Virus record (IMG/VR): IMGVR_UViG_3300036546_000129
Span: 1 to 37,102 of that record
Reading direction: 5' to 3' (one strand)
Source of the DNA: a virus
Taxonomy: Duplodnaviria; Caudoviricetes
DNA: 37,102 nt
Every line of letters starts with the position of its first letter. The stretch's first letter is position 1. Of this stretch, positions 20,807 through 29,767 are shown piece by piece. The position numbers and the translations under genes were made by a program. The notes below the pieces were generated by a model. The model saw nothing but the letters and a program-made list of their open reading frames with translations, searched no databases and had not been told where the DNA came from.

Positions 20807-20974
20807 TTCGACGGTGACACGTGTAGTGCCACCATAGTCTACTCGCAAGAAGCCATTTCAGAAGTTGACAATTACCTCAATTCTAAAGAGGCGTATTTAA
20901 GTCCACAAGGCGGCTTTAAAGCCAGTACCTCAGTGAATACCGTCAACCTCGTTCTCAAAAATATGACAGGTTAA
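20807..20974 (+). CDS. rpoC: vRNAP beta'-like subunit, exon 2 (FDGD...; 55 aa)
   Basis: TTC GAC GGT GAC ACG TGT... = FDGDTCSATIVYSQEAISEVDNYLNSKEAYLSPQGGFKASTSVNTVNLVLKNMTG*. The spliced product is 542 aa. Below the ORF-track cutoff. Confidence 0.92.
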   Translation, partial: FDGDTCSATIVYSQEAISEVDNYLNSKEAYLSPQGGFKASTSVNTVNLVLKNMTG

Positions 20975-20981
20975 ACAGCGC

Positions 20982-22625
20982 ATGATACTCTATCCGATTT
21001 GGTACCGTAAACACGGTATACGCAGACCGTCTGACCTTTTAGGTCCTAAGTTCAGTAAACTGTCCAACCTTGCTTTACCTAAAGAATCCGTACTCCACTA
21101 CTATCCTGAAGACGACATCGTGTATGGTCTTCCGGGTGATGACGTTATGATCAAGGCGGATGATCGTCCGGTGGTTGTAGAACATATTACAGAACTGGGT
21201 GATAACAAAGGAGCACCAAAACCACTGCCTGTGGTTCCGGCCAAAATGATCCGTGAGTATCATCGTAAAAACAAACGGGTACGTTGGCTTAAGAACCGTG
21301 AGATTGCTTTCTCCAACCCTAAGACGTTGGTCGTTGAGAACTACGCACTCTTGAACCACATGTACCGCTACACCACTAGTTTCTTTGCGAACTACTACCG
21401 CTGGTATAACGTCCGGGCGGCGTTATGGAAAGGTGTAAACAGGATCGCTAAAGAAAGTGAACGTCAGCAGTACATTAAATGTACGTTACCTGATACACTC
21501 CCGTCTTTGGCTGATTTACGTAAACTTGAGAAGCGTTTAGATCGCACCACCTTGGATAAGTTCAAGGGGACTGAAGAGTATAACCTGGCCGACTTCTGGA
21601 CTTGGTTAGGTGATAACCGCGCTAACTCGGTTATGTCGTTAGTGGATACCAAACACCTTGATAACCTTAACATGGTGTGGGTGTGTCAAGATCGTTGGTT
21701 TGTGTTGAACCTAGGTATGCTGAACGATTGGCGTGCCACTGAAGTCGCTAAGGAAGGTACCACTGAGGGGATCAAACCGATCAGTTTACAGAAACGCGTC
21801 ATGCGTTTATTGATGTCACTTTACGAAACCAAGACGGTGAGTGAAGACGAAGCAAAACCTGTTCGTGAGAAAACCAATAAAGAAGCAGAAGCACTTCCGG
21901 ATACAAAAGATGAAGGGAGTGTGGATGAACTCCACCGCGAGGGCGAGCTCCTTCTGAATGAAGACATCACACTTTTCCAAAATGAGCAGGACGAACTGGA
22001 TCTGGATTCAGAACTGGACGCACTGAATGATCTTCACAAGAAACTGGAAGCACAACAAGAAGCGGAAGCCAGTCCCACTGAAGTGAATGAAAGTATTCGA
22101 GCGTCTGAAGTCGATCTTTCACAACCGGTGATTGAAAAAGCGAACCAGTTAGCGGATAGCGGGATGTTGTCAGCCGCTGAATACCGTCGACTGAACAAAT
22201 TAGCTGAAGTTCACAAAACACTCAAAAACCCTTATGGAGATGGGTTGCTGGTGGATGAGGCTAAAGTAGACCCCAAAGCCGTAACACTGGAGACCGTTAC
22301 CCAGTTCCCTGACAGTCCCTCAGTCCTAGACAAAAGTATGCTTCAAAACAGTGTTGTTGATTTCGACACACGGTATATCAAACACGTTTTGAAAAAGGAC
22401 GTGTTAGGTAGCGTACTGAACCTGCAAAATGCGGGGGTATCAGTAACGGGGTATGATGTTGATCGTGTGGACGGTCCGTTGGGGAGCTATGAAGTTCACA
22501 AGGTTAAGGTGGTACCGGTTAATGGTTCGCCTAGTACGCTGAATTTCCGTTTACCTGTAATAGAAGAGAACGGTACTTATGTAGCCAATGGCGTAAAATA
22601 TAGATTAAGGAAGCAACGAGGGGAT
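20982..22625 (+). CDS. rpoB: Virion RNA polymerase beta-like subunit (phiKZ gp178-like), exon 1
   Basis: Ends with the beta motif LPVIEENGTYVANGVKYRLRKQRGD, then TAA as the first intron triplet. Confidence 0.88.
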
Positions 22626-23188
22626 TAAAGCCGCTACTCTCGATAACTGTATCTCATGGTATTAGTTTTAGTCGAGACGTAATGGATGATTAACAAAGCA
22701 GTGGGTAAAAAACCCAGTCCAAAAAGACTCGGTACAGAAACCTTTATTGAAAATGTCTGTAAAGAAAAAGTCTGGATTGGAAACATTGTTTTAGTGTTAA
22801 TTAATGGTCCCCGTGTCTTGGTAACAAGGCACTAGAAAACCTACCTAATTGCGGGAAAACGTCTATAATCTTTTTTGACTACCACTTACAGGTGGAAACA
22901 CACTGTAATACTCACCCCAGTAATGGAAGCGGTGAGCATGGTAAAAACGTCGAAAAGAGACGCAACCGACGCAGCGAAGTCCCTAAGGTCTACTTACTAG
23001 TGGGCTATGGGATGTGCTCAGAGGCCATCGAAAGCTACGGTCAGTCCCCCAATAAACTGACTCAATGACACCTGTATAAAGTCAGGTGGTCACACTGGTG
23101 ATTAAAGCGAGTAGAGTAGGGACAGTATGGTTCCGAAACGGTAGGCTTCCCTCTGGGAAGAAGATATGGTCCATTTTGGATAGGAATG
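22626..23188 (+). mobile_element. Group I intron 2 (563 nt, no intact endonuclease)
   Basis: The 5' exon GGGGAU pairs with IGS GUCCCC (~22807-22812) with U-G at the splice site. P4 AATTGCGGGAA, P7 GGCCA/TGGTC, terminal G 23188. Splicing gives QRGD-LPIRK. Confidence 0.85.
22686..22835 (+). pseudogene. Probable homing endonuclease remnant (49-codon ORF in intron 2 P1 loop)
   Basis: MINKAVGKKPSPKRLGTETFIENVCKEK...NGPRVLVTRH*. Same position as the endonuclease genes of introns 1 and 3. KRLGTETFIE resembles the K-K-L-T-T-E-E-F-I repeat of some phage endonucleases. Confidence 0.45.
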
Positions 23189-24625
23189 CTACCTATCCGT
23201 AAAGTTTCCCCCTTCCGTGTTGCCCTGACCAGTTATTATGGTAAAATGTTTGTCGAACGTTCCCAGCGCAGTGCGAATAACTACGGGAAGTGGTTAGAGA
23301 ACCAATTGATATTGAAAGCTCTGGATGAGAATGATCCCGATATCCTGGAATCACGTACCTCTAACATCTTCAAGGCAACTAATAAAACTCCCCGCATTTA
23401 TGCACTGTTGGCTAGGACGTTTAAAAGCTTCGGCACCCCTAAGTACACATTCTACTTGGACTTTGAAAAACGCGAAGAGGTCTACGGGAAAGACTTCGTA
23501 ACGAAAGCGGAAAAGGAAGGGGGCGTTGTTATAGGTCACCTGAAGTCCAACAAGAAAACACTTATTGTTGTCGATGACCAAGATACGTTTTACGAACACA
23601 GTGAAGGTGGACTCAAACCCATCGGTAAGTTGGAACAGTTGCTTAACATCGATATCGCTGGTGCACCTGTTGAATTGGCTGAACTGAAGGTCTTCAATAA
23701 GTTCATCCCGATCGGTGTGGTGTTAGGCTACTATATCGGACTTGAACGCCTTTTAAAACTGTTAAAGGTCGAGTACCGTAAAGTGAATGTGGGTGAGCGC
23801 GCGGAATTGTCCCCCACTGAATTCTCCGTTCGTTTCATTGACGAAGTGTTAATCTTCGATCGTGACGATCGACTGTCTAGCATGGTTGTCGGCGGGTTTA
23901 ACCTGTATCACCGTAGTATCAAGAGTTATAGTGTTTACGATTTTGACAAACCAGACGTGTACGGTAGCGTCCTAGACGCTAATAAAGTAGGGGCACGTTA
24001 CCTGAGGGAATTGGATCTCTTGAAGGATATGTTTGTCGACCCTATCACCCGTGATCTTTTGGTAGAGATGGAAGAGCCAACAGACTGGTTAGGTCTTCTC
24101 TTGCGGGCGAGCGAATTACTCTTGACCGACTATTCCCCAGCAGAAACCGACATGGAGTGGATGCGCATCAAGGGCTATGAGCGTGTAGCCGGTACCGTAT
24201 ACGGAGAACTTGTTAAATCAGTTCGCATGTTTAATGCACGGGGAGGGGGCAAAAATAACCGTGTAGAACTTTCACCCAGTGCCGTATGGCAGACGTTACA
24301 AGAGGACCCCTCCAAAGGACTGGTAGAGGAACTCAACCCTGTTGAGAACTTACGTGAGAAGGAGGCTGTCACATACAGTGGTCATGGTGGACGCTCCCGT
24401 AGGAGTATGGTTAAGTCCAGTCGTGTATTTACGGAATCGGATATGGGGGTGATCTCTGAAGGTACAGTGGATTCAGGGGACGTAGGTATTGTCAGTTATC
24501 TGAGCGCTGACCCTAACTTCACCAGCCTTCGTGGATTGGCACGTAAAAGAGATTTTGATAAAGATGGTCCGGCTACATTCCTGAGCACAGCAGCGATGCT
24601 TTCGCCAGGTGCTGATCGTGATGAT
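23189..24625 (+). CDS. rpoB: vRNAP beta-like subunit, exon 2
   Basis: beta motifs ELNPVENL...VTYSGHGGRS, R.F..SDMGVISEGTVDSGDVGIVSYLS. Ends ...PGADRDD followed by TAA. Confidence 0.9.
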
Positions 24626-25742
24626 TAATAAATGTTTATTGAAGTTTATACTCCTATCTTATAACTAAACGGTTATAAGGAAAATAGGTGTGTTAAATTT
24701 AAAAGGGTTTAAAAGTATACCAGGATATAGTGACTATGTTGTTAATGTAGACGGTGTAGTCGTTAGTTTAAAAACTGGTCAAGTTTTAAAAGCTTCTAAA
24801 AATGGTTCAGGGTATTTACAAGTTACAGTTAATAGAGACAATGGTCAACGTCAAGGTTTAGGTATACATCGTGCTTTAGCATTGACTTTTATACCTACAG
24901 ATGAAGACAAAAATTCTTTAATTGTAAACCATAAAGATGGTGATAAACTTAATAATAGTTTAGATAATCTTGAATGGTGTACTTATGTGGAAAATAGCGA
25001 ACATGCGGGTAAATACGGTCTTACAACAAAATGTAAACCGATATCTATCCGCGATAAAAATGGTTTAATAATATCTTTTCCTAGTTTTGTTAAGTGTGCT
25101 CGCTTCTTAGGTGTTAGCAAAGACGCTGTAATTTGGCGAGTAAAAACTAAAGGCAAAATTCGTTTTAAAGATGGTTATCAATACCATGAAGGTTACGACG
25201 TTACTGATTGGCCAGAACCAATTAATAAAACAATAGTGGTTAAAGATCTTGAAAAAAATTTATTTTATATTTTTGATAAGAAACAAGATGCCGCTAAGTT
25301 TTTAAAAGTATGTCCATCAACAATAACCTTTCGCTTAAATGAATCACATGAAAATATTTACCCAGACAAAACCCAAATTGGATATTTATCCGACTTCAAT
25401 AAACAAAATGGTCCAACCATAAAGCAATTTATGGATTGAGTGTTCCTTAATTGCTGGGACGCCCTAAAGCTATTCTACTACTGCGAGTCGAAAGACAAAG
25501 CCAAAGTTTAAAAAATGAATAGATATTACAATGGGTAATCAGCAGCGAAGCTTCTACGGAGTGTTGTGAAACACGCTAGGGAGAACGTTCAACGACTAAC
25601 CCCTCATCAGGGTGTAGGAATCAAGTGATTCCGAAACAGGAACCTTCCTACTGGGAAGAAGATATAGTCTCCTCATCTAGTGAAAGCTAGAGCAGTGGTT
25701 AAGACCACGGGCTAGGTGTAACGAACCTAGTTGAAGATAAGG
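24626..25742 (+). mobile_element. Group I intron 3 (HNH-encoding, 1117 nt)
   Basis: GAT|TAA 5' end. Core AATTGCTGGGA/AATCAGCAGCGAAG, TTCAACGACTA, GAAGATATAGTC, P9 GAAA-loop hairpin. Terminal G 25742. Confidence 0.9.
24690..25439 (+). CDS. Intron-encoded NUMOD4-HNH homing endonuclease (249 aa)
   Basis: N-terminal FKSIPGYSDYVVN..G.V.S (NUMOD4-like), IHRALALTFI...VNHKDGDKLNNSLDNLEWCT..ENSEHA, and two C-terminal NUMOD1-like repeats. Markedly AT-rich. Confidence 0.92.
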   Translation: MLNLKGFKSIPGYSDYVVNVDGVVVSLKTGQVLKASKNGSGYLQVTVNRDNGQRQGLGIHRALALTFIPTDEDKNSLIVNHKDGDKLNNSLDNLEWCTYVENSEHAGKYGLTTKCKPISIRDKNGLIISFPSFVKCARFLGVSKDAVIWRVKTKGKIRFKDGYQYHEGYDVTDWPEPINKTIVVKDLEKNLFYIFDKKQDAAKFLKVCPSTITFRLNESHENIYPDKTQIGYLSDFNKQNGPTIKQFMD

Positions 25743-25753
25743 CCAAAACGAGT
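25743..25753 (+). CDS. rpoB: vRNAP beta-like subunit, exon 3 (11-nt micro-exon, P-K-R-V)
   Basis: CCA AAA CGA GT follows the terminal G of intron 3. It restores the frame and gives DD-PKRV-NFIGIQ. Confidence 0.85.
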
Positions 25754-26133
25754 TTTAACGGCTCATTGACATCTAATTGCGGGAACGCCCTTAGAGCCTC
25801 TTAGTACCACTTACAGGTGGAAACACACTGTAATACTCCTGGCGTAATATTTCCAAGGAGTATGGTAAAAACCTAAGAGGATTGGGTAACCGACGCAGCG
25901 AAGCTCCTACCGTTGACTACCGTCAACCACGGAGTTGGTTCAACGACTATCCCACGGACGTGAAATTCGTCATTAGGAGTAGGGCTCAAGTGTGAGTGGG
26001 TGAGAACCCCTTAAATCGAAATGGTGTCCGTCCTTAAAAAACTAAAGGGCGAAGATATAGTCTATTCTTTGGTGAAAGCCGAAGCTGTACTTTAAGTACG
26101 GGTGGAGACTCACGACCTCCATCGAATATAAAG
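25754..26133 (+). mobile_element. Group I intron 4 (380 nt, ORF-less)
   Basis: P1: exon GAGU (25750-53) pairs with GCUC (25761-64) with U-G at the splice site. Complete core (AATTGCGGGAA, TTCAACGACTA, GAAGATATAGTC). Terminal G 26133, phase-2 junction GT|C. Confidence 0.9.
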
Positions 26134-27244
26134 CAATTTCATAGGCATCCAGCACCACTCGGGCATGGCCGCTAAAGGTTACCAATTAACCCCCTTGAGA
26201 ACTGGGTACGAGTACGTTGTCGCTCAGCGTACCGACGACCTTTTTGCTTACACGGCCAAAAAGGAAGGGAAAGTGACATCCGTTACCGATAAGACGGTAA
26301 CGGTTGAATACAAGGATGGTGAAATAGTCCATATCGAGATCGGACGGCGTTACGGTACCGCTGCCGGGTTTATATACCCACACAGCGTAACCACTGATGT
26401 GAAGGAAGGGGATAAGGTTAAACCAGGGGATGTTATCACGTATAACTCTGATTACTTTAAACCGAACCCTCTAAACCCTAAAGAAGTGGTGTGGAAAGCA
26501 GGGGTGTTGGTGAAGACGGCTATTTTGGAGTCTCCTGACACGCTTGAGGACTCTTCAGCTATTTCACAAAAGGTAGCAGAGGCACTCAAGACACGCTCCA
26601 CTAAAGTGCGGGACATTACCCTGACGTTTGACCAGTCAATACGCAATATGGTTAAAGTCGGACAAGTGGTTGAGACTGACACAATCCTGTGTTTCATAGA
26701 GGATTCAGTGACAGCCGATAATGATTTGTTTGACGAGAGTTCAATCGACCTGTTACGTCTGATGTCAGCCCAAGCCCCTAAAGCCAAGTATGCGGGCACC
26801 GTTGAGAAAATTGAAGTTTTCTATAATGGTGATAAGGACGATATGTCTGAATCCCTCAGGACTTTAGCCAATGCGTCTGACCGTGAACGTAATAAACTGT
26901 CGCGTTCGCTAGGTAAAGCCACTACTGACGGGAGCGTTGACGGAACATTACGGGTGGGAGGTGACCCACTGAACATGGATAGTTTGGTCATCAAGGTCTA
27001 CATAACCGGTGAAGAACGTGCGAGCGTGGGCGACAAAGGCGTGTTCGGTAACCAGATGAAAACTGTATTTGGTCGCGTTATGACAGGTCGTAACGAAACC
27101 GAAAACGGTGAAGAAATTGGTGCCCTCTTTGGTCTAGCAAGTGTGAGTGACCGACAGGTCCACAGTCCTTTTATCATCGGTACGACCAATCGCCTATTAA
27201 TCTGGCTTTCAAAACACGTGGTCAAAGTTTATAACGAGGGATAA
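26134..27244 (+). CDS. rpoB: vRNAP beta-like subunit, exon 4
   Basis: The frame is open upstream of the listed ATG 26165 (NFIGIQHHSGM). beta motifs TPLRTGYE, EDSSAISQ and VGDKGVFGNQMKTV. The spliced total is 1400 aa. Confidence 0.9.
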
Positions 27245-27246
27245 AT

Positions 27247-27292
27247 AAAAGAACCGCAAGTCTGGTTAAACCTTTAACTTGTGGTTCTTTTT
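27247..27292 (+). terminator. Intrinsic terminator
   Basis: AAAAGAACCGCAAGT...ACTTGTGGTTCTTTT stem with G-U pairs and a T run. Confidence 0.75.
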
Positions 27293-27345
27293 CTGCGTTT
27301 TCCTATGATGATCCCAACCCTTTTAAAATTTTGAGGTTTAGTATA

Positions 27346-27540
27346 ATGGACCCAGTTACTAAAGCTAACTTAACAACGTTAGCACACGCCAATGAATTGG
27401 CAACCAATGTCATTCTTAAAGTGGCGGGTGAAGAGGTGGCGAATACCCTTCACGGTGAATTTGTTAATGCCGACCAGATTCGTGATGCAGTGGCCGCCAA
27501 GATGCAGGCCGTTCTGGTGCGTAAAGCGGGAGTTCTGTAA
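27346..27540 (+). CDS. Small hypothetical protein (64 aa)
   Basis: GAGG RBS before ATG 27346. The stop overlaps the next start (TAATG). Confidence 0.7.
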   Translation: MDPVTKANLTTLAHANELATNVILKVAGEEVANTLHGEFVNADQIRDAVAAKMQAVLVRKAGVL

Positions 27541-29009
27541 TGTTAACTGAAAACACTTTAAATGCCAACATTGTATTGGCTAGCACGTTTGCAAAGCGAG
27601 GGCTGGTACTGTCAGCCATCGAAGACACACCCGTTAAGCAGTTGATTAACGTTGCATACTACCCTGAACCCGTTCGTGGAGTAGACAGTGAAGTGGCACC
27701 GATGGATGCGGCTGAAGTCATCATCAAAGGCTCTCTCCACAAAGACCCTCAAGGTATCTGTCAACATGACATGGTGATGGATGAAGTGGTCGAGTGTGTT
27801 GCAAAGACTGTTCAGGTGAATCTGGATATGGCGCGTAATCGTGTCAACCCTATGATCAAGGAGATTGTACACCGCACTCAGGTGGGTCTTGACGCGTTGG
27901 AGTCTGTAGGGGCGGCTAAGGTTAACATCGTTCCACGTACCTGGCACGCTATTTGGAACAATAACATCCTGGGTGAGTTCATTGACCGGTATGACGAGGT
28001 TCCGGTTGACAATCTTAAACTGGACCTTTTGATTCCAGCACCTTCAGACTACTCTGGTTACCTGGACCTTTTGAAGACGGGTGTTGCCCGTTTTGACCGT
28101 GACTTGGAAAACCTGTTTGCTGAACTTCCTGAAAACTTTGTTCGCTATGTTTTCGGTGAAGTGTTCGGTGACACCCTTTCTAATGAGAACCATGTCAATA
28201 ACTTGACGGACATCATCAGTCACTTCAACTCCAGCAACATGCACGCAGTTAAAGTGTTGTTGATTCACCTCTTTGCCCGTAAGTTGTTGGACAACATTCC
28301 TGAAGGGGTTAACCGTCCCCTGGAAGAATACCGCGCCTACATGTCCACCATGCTGGCTCAGTCTGGTCGTTCTTTGAACCGCATCATTGACCGTCGTTTC
28401 AAGAACCGTCAAAACAAAGTGCTGGTTCCTCGCTACCCTGATAAAGTCGGTATCGTTGGATATGAAGACACTGCCATCGAAGTGAATGGTGACGTCTACG
28501 GGGATTGGTTGGCAGCTGGCGGTGAACCTGAATGTATCTTGGGTGCACTGGTCTCTGATCAGGAAACAGGTTTCCAGTCGTTAATCGATAAGAAAGCAGC
28601 TTACAAAACAGCATGGCAGAAACACGAGCGGATGTTAAACATCCGTGTCCAGAATGAACGTCACAACAATGCCGTTGAAGCGTTCAAAAAGGCAGTGCTT
28701 GAATCCTTAGCTGAATTGGATGAAGGGGTGCGTATGGCACCTGACGCCATTTATCGCCAGCGTTTACTCGATTGTGTTTCACGCTTGGACCAGGGCTGGT
28801 ATAACGACTTGTATCGTTGTACACGTAAGATAGTGTGTGAAGTATTCTTCCCCCACACTGACGCTTATCAGATCCTGTGTGCGATCGACCAGGCGGCAGA
28901 AGCTAACCCAGGGATCGAGGTGCGTGAAGCAGGTTACCTGGCGGTGATCAACATTGTCTCTGAATGGGTCGCCAAACTGATCCAAGTGGAACCTGCATCA
29001 GAAATCTAA
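27540..29009 (+). CDS. Conserved jumbo-phage protein (phiKZ gp177-like position)
   Basis: 489-aa ORF. The assignment rests on synteny between vRNAP beta and the head protease. Confidence 0.65.
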   Translation: MLTENTLNANIVLASTFAKRGLVLSAIEDTPVKQLINVAYYPEPVRGVDSEVAPMDAAEVIIKGSLHKDPQGICQHDMVMDEVVECVAKTVQVNLDMARNRVNPMIKEIVHRTQVGLDALESVGAAKVNIVPRTWHAIWNNNILGEFIDRYDEVPVDNLKLDLLIPAPSDYSGYLDLLKTGVARFDRDLENLFAELPENFVRYVFGEVFGDTLSNENHVNNLTDIISHFNSSNMHAVKVLLIHLFARKLLDNIPEGVNRPLEEYRAYMSTMLAQSGRSLNRIIDRRFKNRQNKVLVPRYPDKVGIVGYEDTAIEVNGDVYGDWLAAGGEPECILGALVSDQETGFQSLIDKKAAYKTAWQKHERMLNIRVQNERHNNAVEAFKKAVLESLAELDEGVRMAPDAIYRQRLLDCVSRLDQGWYNDLYRCTRKIVCEVFFPHTDAYQILCAIDQAAEANPGIEVREAGYLAVINIVSEWVAKLIQVEPASEI

Positions 29010-29029
29010 GTTAACTGAAGGAGTAACGA

Positions 29030-29755
29030 ATGGACCCGAAACGGTTGGTTCGTGATCCTAACAAAGTCCAGTCTGTTTTAAAACCCATGGGGGACGGTAG
29101 CATCATGTGCGTTAAACCGTGCAAGATCTATATCCCCTGTCGGTTTGCTGAACAACAATTGGCGTTTGTAGGGTCGGAAACACAAATCTCTGGTATCTTC
29201 GCCATCGTAGTGGAAGACAAGTACTATGGCGTTTCACTTGTTAACGCGATGATGCGCATTGATCCTACAGACACCAAAAAGGTGATGGTCCAGGACGTCG
29301 AGAACTATGAGTTTTCGTTTGCAGCGGGCAGTAAGGTCATCCTTAACCGTAACCTTGAGAAATCGGACACTTTCATTTATTACATCTATAATGAAATTGT
29401 TGCCACAGGACACGTTCCTTGGTTTTTCTCGTATGATGATCTAGGTCGGTTATTTGAGTCTGGGGGACGACACGCGGGAATGAAGGTGGGTGCCAGTCAC
29501 GTTATTCCTGAAATGATTGCAGCTGCTATTTCACGCGATCATAAAGACCGGACCAAATATTACCGTCAGGTCATTAAGACAAAAGCGGATCTGGTTCAGA
29601 ATCCACCGGAGTTCATTGCCCTTCGAAGTGTTATATACGGGGCCACTAACACGACCGCTAAACTGATGGGTGCTTATTTCGATGATGGCTTAACCAGTGC
29701 GTTGGTGAACCCTTCTGAGAAAGTGGAACCCATTGAAAACTTATTGAGACAGTAA
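29030..29755 (+). CDS. Conserved virion protein (phiKZ gp176-like; proposed vRNAP-associated subunit)
   Basis: AAGGAG RBS, 241 aa, directly upstream of the protease. C-terminal ATNTTAKLMGAYFDDGLTSALVNPS. The function is recalled and inferred. Confidence 0.6.
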   Translation: MDPKRLVRDPNKVQSVLKPMGDGSIMCVKPCKIYIPCRFAEQQLAFVGSETQISGIFAIVVEDKYYGVSLVNAMMRIDPTDTKKVMVQDVENYEFSFAAGSKVILNRNLEKSDTFIYYIYNEIVATGHVPWFFSYDDLGRLFESGGRHAGMKVGASHVIPEMIAAAISRDHKDRTKYYRQVIKTKADLVQNPPEFIALRSVIYGATNTTAKLMGAYFDDGLTSALVNPSEKVEPIENLLRQ

Positions 29756-29767
29756 CGGAAGTTCTCT

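Noticed and set aside
25743-25754. 12-nt version of the micro-exon (CCA AAA CGA GTT)
   Set aside because: The next exon begins C-AAT after the only suitable terminal G (26133), so the frame and the P1 U-G pair both require the GT|C junction and 11 nt.
17052-27244. Reading the RNAP pieces as pseudogenes, frameshifts, inteins or stop-codon recoding
   Set aside because: Each break is flanked by U at the 5' exon end and G at the intron end, contains a group I core, and splices back in frame to conserved motifs. No intein C...HN termini are present.
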